Positions 10,846-20,666 of a stretch of DNA of 64,000 nucleotides are shown here, piece after piece. The position numbers and the translations under genes are program-made. This stretch comes from an uncultured Acidobacteriota bacterium (lineage in GTDB: Bacteria > Actinomycetota > Acidimicrobiia > Spongiisociales > ZC4RG35). The number at the start of each line of letters is the position of its first letter. The first letter of the stretch is position 1. The notes beneath the pieces were generated by a model, which was not told the origin of the DNA, did no database searches, and saw only the letters and a list, made by a program, of their open reading frames with translations. The stretch lies in NCBI GenBank assembly GCA_963828465.1, contig CAWHEU010000020.1:96001-160000 (forward strand). The letters are read 5' to 3'.

Positions 10846-11808
10846 TTTGAGGTAGAGAGAGAACCCGAGACGGACGGCGAGCCATTTCCAGGAGAACGAC
10901 GACCGTCTCGAACTCCGGCGACTCGAGCAATGCCATGATCCGCCGAGCCGAATCGTTGTCGCCGGATCTGATGGACCTGTAGGTGCCACCGAGAACGAAT
11001 TGATGCATGTGCCGGCTGCGGCACCTTTCAATCTCCCGGGGTGTCAGCACACCAGAACCCCCGACCGTCCTTGAAGACGTCGTTCAGGCGCGTCAGCGTG
11101 TCCTCGTTGAACATCCCGGTGGTGGTGGCGGAGAGATGAACCGTGTAGGCCGAGACAACCGCGGTTTCGGTCGTGGCTCCGAAGGCCCCGAACAATCTCG
11201 CGTTCAGTGCGAAATCCATCGCCGCGCCAGCCTTGGCGTCGAAACCCCCCGCATCGGCATAACCGTGGGCACTGACGACAAGGCCCGGAGTTCTGACATA
11301 CGACGAGCTCGACAGCAGCGTCATCAGAGCTCGGCGGGGCTTCATCCGGCGCCGCACCCGATGTCGTTCCGTCTTCATCGGATTTCCGTCAATGTCCACG
11401 ATGCTGACACCAAAGACCCTGACGTCATCAGGCATATGCTCGCGTAGGCTCTTCAGGATGGCCTCGGACGCCGTCCTCGAGGAGATAGTCGTCATCATGG
11501 ACAAAGAGGATGTATTCGCCCTGGGCACGCTCGATGAGCAGATTGTGATTGTTGGACATGGAGACCGAGGGGACGTTCTGTGCATAAGCAATGGCAGCCC
11601 CTTGCCGGACCAATTCGGAAACTGCCTCCGCTGTTGCGGATCCTTCCGAATTATCTGAGACGAGGACCTCGACCGGATCACCGGGAGTGATCTGACTGAG
11701 GACGGCCCGCAGGTTTCGCAACAAGAGCTCGGGTCGGTCCCTGGTCGGAACGCAGATCGACAGAAGAACCCCGGATCGAGGCTCGACAGCAGGCGATTTG
11801 GGAATCAT
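10837..11808 (-). CDS. GT2 glycosyltransferase, broken by about three frameshifts
   Basis: LSICVPTRDR, VSDNS, AQGEYILFVHDDD; continues in frames 11028-11681, 10769-11050 and 10837-11031. Confidence 0.8.
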
Positions 11809-11961
11809 CGGTCGCTGGACATGGTGGTCGACAAAGCAGGTCGAAGGTAATGGGTTGACCGATCCAAATCACTTCCCAAACACCACAACGACATTTTGGG
11901 TCTTTGCTACCGGCCGCGCTCAGGTAGATTACCCGTCGAGAGGTTGGGGGTTCCGAGGGGC

Positions 11962-13752
11962 ATGAGTTCAAGCAGCGTTGAAACAACCATCAGTTCGGCG
12001 GTTTGGCGCGACCGAAGACTGGTCGGGGCGATGGTGGTCATTGGATTCCTGGTTGGGCTCGGCTTCGGCTTCCTCGCCCGGTCATATTCCCCGATCGTCG
12101 CGGAAGCATCGTTCCTCCTCAGTGAGGCTCGGCCGACCACGGTTTTTGGCGTCAACGACCCAGCAGACCAAAAGCGTGTCGTGGCCGATCAGATCGCAAT
12201 ACTCCAGTCGCCCGCGGTCCTGGCCGCCGCCGCCGCCAATCTGGGCGACATCACCGGAGAAACTCTCAGCGTCAAAGACTTCGAGGAGAAGCTCTCGATC
12301 CGGTGGTCGGCGGACAGCAATGTCGCCACGGCCGCATTCCGAGGCGACTCAGAAGAGGAGGCGGTCGGAGGTGCCAACGCCCTTCTCGACGCCTATCAGG
12401 CGTTGCTCGAGGATCAGACGACCGCCAACAGCAGAGCCGCGATCAGCCTGATCGATGACTCAATCGCGGAGCAACAGGCGACCATCGATGGCCTCCAACA
12501 GGATCTATTGGACCAGGGCGACGCGGAAGCGCTCACGTTCCAGCTACCCGGGCTGATCGCCCGAGCCGCCGAGATTGTGGAGGAGCTCGGCGAGACCGAC
12601 GCCGGCACGGAACGCCAGGCACTCGAACAGGAGCTCGATTCCATCACACGGCAAATCGACATGATCCGGCTGACGACGGATGTCGCTCCTTCGCAGGCTG
12701 TCACCCCCGCTCTGCAACGGACGTTGGAGAACGCCATTGATGAGCAGGCCACCTTGATCAGCAGGCGAAACGAGCTCGCTGTCGAGGCAGAAGTCAACAA
12801 GGCCCCGACTGCCGTCTTCTCACCTGCCCGGACGGTGGCCACGAATTCCGGCACACTTCCGCTTCGTCTCGCGATGGCCGGTGCCATGGTCGGATTGCTG
12901 ATCGGAGCAGCAGTCGCCTTTGCCCGCAGCTCCAGCACCGCCGTCGTCAGTCATGGTGAAGAGGTCGCGCAGCTGATCGGCGCTCCCCTCCTGGCCAACA
13001 TCACCGACTTCAGCGGAGAGCAGATCTCCTCGGACCTGCCGGTCCGGGACAACCATCGATCGGTCGCCGCCGAGGGCTACCGATTCCTCGCTGCCTCTCT
13101 GGAAGCCCGAGCTCCGCATATGGTCAACAGGTCGGTCGTCGTTGTCGGGATCGGGGTCAAGGGCGGCCAATCGACGACGACAGCCAATATGGCTCTCGCT
13201 GCCGCCTCAGAAGGCGCTCGTGTTCTCATGATCGATGCCGACTTCGGCAGCCAGGCCCTCACGCGGATGTTCGGAGTGGATCCGCTCGAAGTCAAAGGGA
13301 TCACAGACGTCGTGTCTGGAGGTCTCCCCCTGAACTCGGCAATGACCAGGATCGACGTTCCCAGGGGGGCGTTGAACCTCATCAGCCGAGGCCAGGTGAC
13401 CGTCGGCGCATCCGGTTTCTTCCGCAGCGAAGCCGCCGACAAGTTTCTGTTTGAGCTCCGGGGCGAGTCAGATCTGATCGTGGTCGACACCCCTCCACTC
13501 CTCCAGGTTGCCTACGCCACGACCCTCGCTTCGAAGCTGGGTGCGGCGATCCTTGTCGTTCCCCGTGGAGCCCGGGTCCGGGATATCGAGGCCACCGCTG
13601 CGCACCTGCGCGGCATCGGCACCGAGATTCTTGGATTTGCCTTCAACAGAGCGCCAATCGAGGCCCGGGATCGCGCTCTAGCCGGTTCCATCGAGGATAT
13701 CCCCGGCGACGATGATTCCCTCGAGCCGGGGATCCAACGCCAGCGGGGTTGA
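11962..13752 (+). CDS. Wzc/CpsCD-like polysaccharide co-polymerase with degenerate BY-kinase domain
   Basis: Two TM helices flanking a coiled coil; LMIDAD and VVDTPP motifs; Walker A reads GGQST. Confidence 0.85.
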   Translation: MSSSSVETTISSAVWRDRRLVGAMVVIGFLVGLGFGFLARSYSPIVAEASFLLSEARPTTVFGVNDPADQKRVVADQIAILQSPAVLAAAAANLGDITGETLSVKDFEEKLSIRWSADSNVATAAFRGDSEEEAVGGANALLDAYQALLEDQTTANSRAAISLIDDSIAEQQATIDGLQQDLLDQGDAEALTFQLPGLIARAAEIVEELGETDAGTERQALEQELDSITRQIDMIRLTTDVAPSQAVTPALQRTLENAIDEQATLISRRNELAVEAEVNKAPTAVFSPARTVATNSGTLPLRLAMAGAMVGLLIGAAVAFARSSSTAVVSHGEEVAQLIGAPLLANITDFSGEQISSDLPVRDNHRSVAAEGYRFLAASLEARAPHMVNRSVVVVGIGVKGGQSTTTANMALAAASEGARVLMIDADFGSQALTRMFGVDPLEVKGITDVVSGGLPLNSAMTRIDVPRGALNLISRGQVTVGASGFFRSEAADKFLFELRGESDLIVVDTPPLLQVAYATTLASKLGAAILVVPRGARVRDIEATAAHLRGIGTEILGFAFNRAPIEARDRALAGSIEDIPGDDDSLEPGIQRQRG

Positions 13753-15176
13753 TCACGGCCCGGCTCTCACTACCCCAGGTCTTGCAGGTTCAGACGGGCT
13801 CCCCGCCAGCGCCGAAGCGATCCATCACCGACCCGACCCGGATCCCAGCTATTGCGCTTGGCGTGCTTCTGGCCGGCTACATGCTGGGTGACAGGGGCTT
13901 TGCCTATCTGCACCTTCCAGGTACCCCTCTCTTCGTAGGGGAGGTTGTCCTGGCCATCATCGCTGTCTATCTGATCCGCTTCTATCCAATAAACGACGAC
14001 CGTCTCAAGTCTCCGGTTCGGCTAGCTCTTGTGGTTTTCCTCGTCTACGGCGCCATTCGCACTCTGCCCTATCTTGGTCAATACGGCATCGATGCTCTCC
14101 GAGATGCCTCGCAGTGGTACTACGGGATTTTCGCGTTCTTCGTCGCTGACTTTGTCCGGCGTCGCGGGATAGGCCCGATCGTCGGCTGGTTCAGCAAGAT
14201 TCTCCCATGGTTCATCCTGTGGGCACCCATCTCCTTGATTCTCAGCCAGGTTCTGACATCGCCGCTGGTGCCCGATTCGGATGTGCCGATCGCTGCCCAC
14301 CGAGGATCGAACACGTCCGTCTTGCTCACGGCATGCCTTGGTTTCATGTGGATGCTCGACGAACGGGTCACCGGTATCACTCGGCGTCAGCGAGCGTTCC
14401 TAACCGCCGTGAGCGGCCTCTTCCTCGTCGTGGCAGGTATTCAGAACCGGGGCGGCCTCCTTGCGGCGATCGCCGGTCTTGGGGTGATTTTTTGGTACGC
14501 AAGGTCCGGGCAACGCCATTTCGTCGGGATCATGTGCACCGTTGTCATCCTCATCGGGCTCATCTTCTCGGTCTCCGACATCCGAGTGTCGTTCTTTTCC
14601 AACGATCGGGACATATCGGCCGATCAGTTGGTCGAGAATCTTGTGAGCGTCGTGAACCCCGATGCCGTGGCAACTTCCGGCGACCTCGTCAGCAACTCCT
14701 CCTGGCGTCTGGATCTGTGGAGCGAAATCCTCCGGGATGTCAACCTCAACGCCCCATTTCTCGGTCGAGGCTATGGCGTGAGCCTCGGCGGCCTATACGG
14801 ATTCCAGGGGGTGGGCGAGACAGAGCTCCGCTCCGCGCACAACTCCCATATGACCATCTTCGCCCGCAGCGGATATCTGGGGGTCGGGCTCTGGTTCTTG
14901 ATGTGGGTGATCTGGTTCATTGCCATGATTCGGTCGAGACGTGCTCTCGCAGCGCGGGGGCTCAGCGTGGAGGCTGCGGTCGCCGTCGTGGCCATGGCCT
15001 GCGCCCTTGCGGTGCTCGTCAACGCCATATTCGATCCATCGATCGAGGCGCCCCCTGTGTCGGCGTGGATTTGGTCGATCTATGGGCTGGGATTGGGTTT
15101 GATGGTGCTGAGCAGGCCTAAACGGACCGCCCCTAGCTGGGACCCGTCACCGGCTGATTGGGCGAGCCGAGCCTGA
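13749..15176 (+). CDS. O-antigen ligase / Wzy polymerase family
   Basis: Many TM helices; NRGG, WRLDLW, GRGYG, SAHNSH. Confidence 0.85.
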   Translation: MITARLSLPQVLQVQTGSPPAPKRSITDPTRIPAIALGVLLAGYMLGDRGFAYLHLPGTPLFVGEVVLAIIAVYLIRFYPINDDRLKSPVRLALVVFLVYGAIRTLPYLGQYGIDALRDASQWYYGIFAFFVADFVRRRGIGPIVGWFSKILPWFILWAPISLILSQVLTSPLVPDSDVPIAAHRGSNTSVLLTACLGFMWMLDERVTGITRRQRAFLTAVSGLFLVVAGIQNRGGLLAAIAGLGVIFWYARSGQRHFVGIMCTVVILIGLIFSVSDIRVSFFSNDRDISADQLVENLVSVVNPDAVATSGDLVSNSSWRLDLWSEILRDVNLNAPFLGRGYGVSLGGLYGFQGVGETELRSAHNSHMTIFARSGYLGVGLWFLMWVIWFIAMIRSRRALAARGLSVEAAVAVVAMACALAVLVNAIFDPSIEAPPVSAWIWSIYGLGLGLMVLSRPKRTAPSWDPSPADWASRA

Positions 15177-15238
15177 AATCTGGTGGGGCTACTGTTCGAA
15201 CCCGCCGTCGAGGACGCGTGAGCCATGCGAGGACCTTC

Positions 15239-15586
15239 ATGACTGATCCTGACGACGGCGGAGGGCGTCCAGTGCCGTCGTCCCCTCTGATCGACTATCG
15301 ATTCTCGTTGGCCAACGAGCGAACGTACCTGGCATGGACGAGGACTGCCTTGGCTCTGATCGCCGGCGGTGTCGCTGTCCTACGTCTGCTGGCCGATTCG
15401 GAAATCGGCTTCATCGCCGCGTACATCTTGGTCGGCTTGGGGATTCTCGTTGCCATGGCGGGCCTGCGGCGCTGGCGACGCAATGAACAGGCCATGTCGA
15501 ACGGGTGGGCGTTGGAACCCACCAAACTCCCGATCGTGTTGGCAATCGGACTCAGCGTCGTCGGCGTGCTCCTCCTATTCGACTGA
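15239..15586 (+). CDS. DUF202 (YidH-like) membrane protein
   Basis: DYRFSLANERTYLAWTRTALA signature. Confidence 0.9.
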   Translation: MTDPDDGGGRPVPSSPLIDYRFSLANERTYLAWTRTALALIAGGVAVLRLLADSEIGFIAAYILVGLGILVAMAGLRRWRRNEQAMSNGWALEPTKLPIVLAIGLSVVGVLLLFD

Positions 15587-15661
15587 ACGCTGGGCTCCGC
15601 TGAAGGCCTGAGTTGTCGGAGCTGGAGCCGGGATTGCTCGTTAGACCAGCGAAACGGCCCG

Positions 15662-15735
15662 CACGCCCGGGGCGACTCGAACACCCAACCTCCTGATCCG
15701 TAGTCAGACGCTCTATCCAATTGAGCTACGGGCGC
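15662..15735 (-). tRNA. tRNA-Arg(ACG), CCA not encoded
   Basis: gcgcccgtagctcaattggatagagcg-tctga-CTACGGA-tcagg...ttcgagt...cgggcgtg cloverleaf. Confidence 0.95.
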
Positions 15736-15783
15736 GGAATAGCCAATTATCGCAGCGGTGCCCGGATAGGGCCAGCCAACACG

Positions 15784-16374
15784 TCAATGGCCCTCTGGCG
15801 AGACTCCCGAACTCGTTGGTAGGCGACTGCTGGAGCGTCGCAAGTAGACCTGCGTGACCCTGCCGAGCCCATATTCGTAGACAGCCGCGCCGAGATTGGT
15901 CCCCGCAATGAACACGAGAGCGTCGCGTGAGGTGATCGTGTCGCTCGCCAGCGCGACGCCGAATGCGACGGCGTAATACGGCCCTTCCTTGGCGATCTCG
16001 GTGCCGACATAGGCGGCGGCCGCCGCTAGTCGTCGGGCGCGCGAGCTCCTTGCTCGCCGTCTCACGAGCTCGTAGGCGGCTTTCGACAACGCGTTGCTGC
16101 TGGTGCCCACCGCTTCGAGGAGTTGGAAGTTCGCCTTCAGGTTGACACGGAGTCCCGCAACCCAGGCCACGTAGCTGGAAGCGAGCACCACCCAGAGCCA
16201 GGGCTGTTCGACCCCTGCCATAACCCCAGAGGCGACCAGGATCACTCCTCCAGCAGTAGCGACACCGTCCAGTGCGTAAGTGGAAACGACTGTGGCGAGG
16301 ATCGTGATCAGCCAGCTCTTGACCCTGATCCCGGATCGAAGAGCAATCACAGCAGTGGCATCCAACGTTGACAC
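15784..16374 (-). CDS. Hypothetical membrane protein
   Basis: 196-aa ORF with ~4 hydrophobic segments, preceded by an operator-overlapped promoter. Confidence 0.7.
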   Translation of the reverse strand: MSTLDATAVIALRSGIRVKSWLITILATVVSTYALDGVATAGGVILVASGVMAGVEQPWLWVVLASSYVAWVAGLRVNLKANFQLLEAVGTSSNALSKAAYELVRRRARSSRARRLAAAAAYVGTEIAKEGPYYAVAFGVALASDTITSRDALVFIAGTNLGAAVYEYGLGRVTQVYLRRSSSRLPTSSGVSPEGH

Positions 16375-16393
16375 TCCGGCTGAGCCTCGCTTC

Positions 16394-16449
16394 CATACGT
16401 ACCGTATGTATGTCCATACGTACTGTACGTATCAAACGCGGAAAGTCAA
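16394..16449 (-). promoter_or_regulatory. Promoter with two tandem palindromic operators
   Basis: CATACGTAC-C-GTATGTATG (16394-16412) and CATACGTAC-T-GTACGTATC (16415-16433); minus-strand TTGACT-N16-TACAGT. Confidence 0.75.
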
Positions 16450-16487
16450 GTTAAACTCGACGATTAGCCCACTCAGGAGACACGGTT

Positions 16488-17216
16488 TTGACCTCGAAAC
16501 CACGGCCCGGTCGCTCGAGGCTGCCTCAGCAAGAGGCCCGGCAGCGCTATGTCGAGATCGGTGAGCTCGTAGCTCTCGAGCAGATCAAGAAGGATTCCGA
16601 AACGCTTGACCTCCACTCAATTGCGGTCGGCCCCTTCGCTCGGCTCGATGCCAACGAGGTGGCTGCCCGCGACGGCAAGACACGCGGTGTCATCAGCAAT
16701 CTGTTCGGTAGCCAAGCGGCGTTCCAGGCAGAGACCATGTCGTTGGCCCTGAATTCGCGTGATTGGATTTCACAGATCCAGTATCCGGATCCTGGTCAGT
16801 ACGAGGAGGTCGGCGCATGGCTCGACGCCTTCTTTACCGGCGAGTCGGAACGTGGCCCATCGCGAGGCGGTCAGCCCATGGCGGACTACGGATCGGTGTG
16901 GGCCTTGTGGCTCAGCGCTGTGCCATACGGCATGTGGAGTGAAAAGATTCGCCGACCGAGCATGGAGGAGCACACGCAATGGCTCGCGAAGCTGGAACAG
17001 GCGCTTGGAGAGGCGCTACACCGATTCGGGATTTCCCTTCGAGACGGAGTCACGATCAGCGACCTCGCCTGCGCGTTTGCCAGCCTGATCGAGGGCGTCT
17101 GGCTGAACCAATGTATGACAACCCACCACCCTTCGGACCCCTCAGAGCCGATCGCTACTTCGTTGCGTCGTTCTGGGCGGCTGCTTTGGTCCGGCGCGAC
17201 GGAGGCAAACGAATAG
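16488..17216 (+). CDS. Divergent TetR/AcrR-like transcriptional regulator
   Basis: HTH-like LDANEVAARDGKTRGVISNLFGSQAAF; helical C-terminal domain. Confidence 0.65.
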   Translation: MTSKPRPGRSRLPQQEARQRYVEIGELVALEQIKKDSETLDLHSIAVGPFARLDANEVAARDGKTRGVISNLFGSQAAFQAETMSLALNSRDWISQIQYPDPGQYEEVGAWLDAFFTGESERGPSRGGQPMADYGSVWALWLSAVPYGMWSEKIRRPSMEEHTQWLAKLEQALGEALHRFGISLRDGVTISDLACAFASLIEGVWLNQCMTTHHPSDPSEPIATSLRRSGRLLWSGATEANE

Positions 17217-17327
17217 CCGGGGTTTATCTGAAGTCATCCCGCAAGGGCCCGGGGCGCTCAAGACCCTCCTCGGGCGACGGAGCCTTCAGGTCCGTCGCGA
17301 CCTGACCCAGCCTGATAGCTTGCCCGC

Positions 17328-17690
17328 ATGGGCATCATCCTCAACCTCGCCGTCACTGCAGGGGCCCTCGGAATCGCCGTTTGGATCATCGACGGTCTCG
17401 AGTTCACCGGGACCTGGTGGCAGTACCTAGTCGTCGTGGTGATCCTGGGGCTGGCCAACCTCATCGTGAAGCCGATCCTTCGACTATTCAGCCTCCCGAT
17501 CATCGCCCTCACGCTCGGACTCTTTCTGATCGTCGTCAATGCCCTCGTGCTCCAGCTGGTGGTGTGGCTCTCCGGGATCTGGGACCTCGGTCTCACCTCA
17601 ACGGGTTTCTTCTGGACGACCTTCCTCGGTGCCCTCGTCATCTCGATCGCCGGCTGGGTGCTCAACCTCATCGTTCCCGGCGGCGAATAG
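17328..17690 (+). CDS. 4-TM holin-like membrane protein (DUF360/YvlD)
   Basis: NLIVKPIL...LPIIALTLGLF..VVNA signature. Confidence 0.85.
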   Translation: MGIILNLAVTAGALGIAVWIIDGLEFTGTWWQYLVVVVILGLANLIVKPILRLFSLPIIALTLGLFLIVVNALVLQLVVWLSGIWDLGLTSTGFFWTTFLGALVISIAGWVLNLIVPGGE

Positions 17691-17718
17691 CGGCTGATCG
17701 GGACGATCGCCGCGGGGC

Positions 17719-17931
17719 CTAGTCGGAGACAGCGAGGATGACGTCCGAAGACTTGATGACGACGGTGACCGTGGAGCCGGCTCGAAGGCCGAGCTCCTCT
17801 GCTGCTTCCTTCGTGATCGACGAGGTCACGACGTCCCCGCCCGTCAGGCGTATCTTCACAGTCGTGGTGACCGCGCCGTGGTCGACGGTCTCCACCTCGC
17901 CCGCCAGTTGATTCCGTGCGCTCAGCTTCAT
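17719..17931 (-). CDS. Molybdate-binding Mop/TOBE protein
   Basis: MKLSARNQL...SITKEAAEELGL...IKSSDV. Confidence 0.9.
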   Translation of the reverse strand: MKLSARNQLAGEVETVDHGAVTTTVKIRLTGGDVVTSSITKEAAEELGLRAGSTVTVVIKSSDVILAVSD

Positions 17932-18108
17932 TGCATCTCCCATGTCTCTTCGGAGAGTTCACTCATGGCGGCACGATAGTCACACTGCGACTAATGTCGC
18001 CTACGGACACTCATGCGAGCACGCCGGAACAGCAGCCTGCGAGAGTCCCATTGGCGAGAGGCCCCCCTTCCATCAGATCAACGGCCTCTCGCGCCGTTCT
18101 GAGCGGCT

Positions 18109-18738
18109 TCAGACTTTGGCCCAGTAGCCCTCCGCCGACTTGCTCCTGGCCAGGGAGTCGGCGTCCTCGAAGCCTGGCGCCATGGCAGCTTCGGTGCCCG
18201 GCATCACCTCGTGATGATCGATGTCGAGGAGTCGGAGCCAGCTCTGCTGTCCCATGGTGAGACCAACAAAGCACCCCAACTCGACCAGTTCGGGCTCGCT
18301 GAAATGCTGGTACATCCGCTCCCAGAACTCGTCGTTGGTGTCGAGATGCCAGGTGATCGCCTCGGCATAGGCCAACGCTGCCTTCTGCCTGTCGTCATAG
18401 ATCTCGGAGCGCTCGAAGTTCATCAGATCGTCGTACTGGCCTTCGACCAGACCGAGGGCCTTCCCTTTCTCCGATCGCTGGTTCCCGCAGTACTCGCACT
18501 TGACCGAGCGAGAGACATAGACCCGGCACAACTCCTTGATGTCGTGATCGAGGACCCCGTCGCGGAACAAGTTTTGCCAGCTCTCGGCGAAGAACCAGAA
18601 CGCCGCCGGAACATGGGCCCGAATCGCCGAGCTCTCCGGTCTCGGTGTCCCCTCCCGCGCACATCGTTCCATCTCTTCTCGCATCTCCGGGGTCATGTCC
18701 TCGATCGATACGTAGCTGATGCGTGGCTTCTCACCCAT
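18109..18738 (-). CDS. Carboxymuconolactone decarboxylase / AhpD-like protein
   Basis: KELCRVYVSRSVKCEYC (CxxC); HFSEPELVEL. Confidence 0.8.
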   Translation of the reverse strand: MGEKPRISYVSIEDMTPEMREEMERCAREGTPRPESSAIRAHVPAAFWFFAESWQNLFRDGVLDHDIKELCRVYVSRSVKCEYCGNQRSEKGKALGLVEGQYDDLMNFERSEIYDDRQKAALAYAEAITWHLDTNDEFWERMYQHFSEPELVELGCFVGLTMGQQSWLRLLDIDHHEVMPGTEAAMAPGFEDADSLARSKSAEGYWAKV

Positions 18739-18777
18739 CGCGATCGTCTCCAGTCGTGTGCGGCAAGTAACTCGAGA

Positions 18778-19875
18778 CTACTCGACCAGGGTCTCCGCGC
18801 TCCCGGCCTCGACCCCGATCTCGGTGGCTTTGATGGCCAACCACACCGCATCTCCCACCCCCAGCTCCAGCGCGCTCATCGCGTCGGAAGTCACCTCGAC
18901 GGTGAGCGGCAGCGGTGCCCCGGTCCGGATCCGGGTGCGCTCACCCAGCTCTTCCATCACTGCGATGCTGGTCTCCCAGGCATTGCGTGGGCTGCCTTCG
19001 GGCGGGATGCGGTGCAGGGATATGGCCGAAGGCCGGATTGTGAGCAGGACCTCCCCTTCGATCTCGTGCTCGGCCAACTGAATGACTTGAGACCCGACGT
19101 CGACCTGACCGTGGGAGGCTCTGCCGAAGAGGAGATTCGACCCGGCTAAATCCGCCGCGTAGGGAGTTCGCGGGCGGAGCCGGATCTCGTCCGGGGATCC
19201 TGATTGGGTCACCGAACCGTTCTCGATGATGTGGACCTCGTCGGCGAGGAGGAACGCCTCGGTTGGGTCATGGGTGATGACGAGACGTGGACCCGGAAAG
19301 TCAGCAAGATGCCGGGCGAGCACCCTGCGGAGCTCCACCCGAGTGGTCACGTCGAGGGCGGAGAGAGGTTCGTCGAGAAGCAGCAAGTCCGGCTCGATGA
19401 CCAGAGCGCGGGCGAGGGCCGTCCGCTGCGCCTCACCGCCGGAGAGCTGTGGCGGCTTTCTTCGCTCGAGGCCAGTGAGATTGAGACGTTCCAGCCAGCC
19501 TCCAGCTCGCTCCATCGCCTCGTGACGTTTCACACCGCGGCTCCGCAATCCGAAGGCGACGTTCTCGATGACCGTCATATGCGGGAACAACAGATAGTCC
19601 TGGAACACCACACCGATGCGGCGGGCCTCTGCGGGAATGAGGACGTCTGCCGCCGGCTCGTCCAGCGTGACGCCGGCAAGACCGATCCGCCCAGATTCGA
19701 TCGGCAAAAGGCCGGCGATCGCCCCGACTGCAGTCGACTTTCCTGCCCCGTTGGGTCCCAGCAGAGCAACCGTGGTCCCGGCCGCGATGGAAAGGCTCAA
19801 GTCGATCCGGAACGAATCTCCCCGGCGCAGACCGAAGTCGGCTTCCAGCCCTGGCCCTAGAGCGCCTTCCACCAA
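18778..19875 (-). CDS. modC: Molybdate ABC transporter ATPase with TOBE domain
   Basis: GPNGAGKST, LSGGE, LLLDEP, C-terminal TOBE. Confidence 0.9.
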   Translation of the reverse strand: MVEGALGPGLEADFGLRRGDSFRIDLSLSIAAGTTVALLGPNGAGKSTAVGAIAGLLPIESGRIGLAGVTLDEPAADVLIPAEARRIGVVFQDYLLFPHMTVIENVAFGLRSRGVKRHEAMERAGGWLERLNLTGLERRKPPQLSGGEAQRTALARALVIEPDLLLLDEPLSALDVTTRVELRRVLARHLADFPGPRLVITHDPTEAFLLADEVHIIENGSVTQSGSPDEIRLRPRTPYAADLAGSNLLFGRASHGQVDVGSQVIQLAEHEIEGEVLLTIRPSAISLHRIPPEGSPRNAWETSIAVMEELGERTRIRTGAPLPLTVEVTSDAMSALELGVGDAVWLAIKATEIGVEAGSAETLVE

Positions 19876-20666
19876 CGCTCCCGGAGGCCGACCAGAACGG
19901 CCAGTGAGACAATGACCATCACCAGGCTCAGCGCCACCGCTGTGTCACGGTCGCTCTCCAGGGCCACGAACACGGCCAGGGGCATGGTCTGGGTCCGTCC
20001 CTGCAGGTTCCCGGCAAAGGTGATGGTCGCACCGAACTCACCGAACGCCCGGGCCCAGGTGAGGACTAGCCCCGCGACCAACGACGGGCCGATCATTGGC
20101 AGGGTGACCCGGCGCAGGACCGTCCAACGCCCGGCCCCGAGACTCGCCGCCGCGCCCTCGTAGCGCTCGTCCAGATTCCGGAGCGCCCCTTCCACCGTGA
20201 TCACGAGGAAAGGCATGGCGACGAAAGTGTTTGCGACTACTACGCCCCACGTCGAGAACGGGAGCAGCAGACCGGTGGCCAGATTGAATGGCTCTCCGAC
20301 CAGACCACGTCGTCCGAGTGCGAAGAGCAGGGCGGCACCACCGACCACCGGAGGCAGCACCAGCGGGAGTGTCACCAACCCGCGCACCAGGGAACGTCCG
20401 GGGAAATCGAGGCGACCCATGATCCAGGCCAGTGGGATACCCACCACCACCGCGATCAGGGTCGCCGCCAATGAGGTCACCACTGAGAGCCGCAAGGCAT
20501 CGGTCACCACATCGTTGGCGAGCAGCGTGGGTAGATCCGACCACGGCACTCGTGCCAACAGTCCGGCGAAGGGGACGACGAACAGGGACAGGCCGATAGC
20601 TCCCAGGACGATCATCAGCGGCGGTGGGCGCCGGGTGCGCCGCCCTGCCTGCCGATCAGCGGTCAA
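19857..20666 (-). CDS. modB: Molybdate ABC transporter permease
   Basis: LPLVLPPVVGG, ARAFGEFGAT, TQTMPLA. Confidence 0.92.
   Translation of the reverse strand: MTADRQAGRRTRRPPPLMIVLGAIGLSLFVVPFAGLLARVPWSDLPTLLANDVVTDALRLSVVTSLAATLIAVVVGIPLAWIMGRLDFPGRSLVRGLVTLPLVLPPVVGGAALLFALGRRGLVGEPFNLATGLLLPFSTWGVVVANTFVAMPFLVITVEGALRNLDERYEGAAASLGAGRWTVLRRVTLPMIGPSLVAGLVLTWARAFGEFGATITFAGNLQGRTQTMPLAVFVALESDRDTAVALSLVMVIVSLAVLVGLRERWWKAL

Noticed and set aside
15590-15660. Remnant of a second DUF202 gene
   Set aside because: Only a few residues (LEPGL) are suggestive; insufficient evidence
5040-15735. Integrative element at tRNA-Arg
   Set aside because: No integrase and no duplicated tRNA 3' end found by eye
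17328-17690. Prophage suggested by the holin-like gene
   Set aside because: DUF360/YvlD genes are common chromosomal genes; no integrase, capsid or lysin nearby
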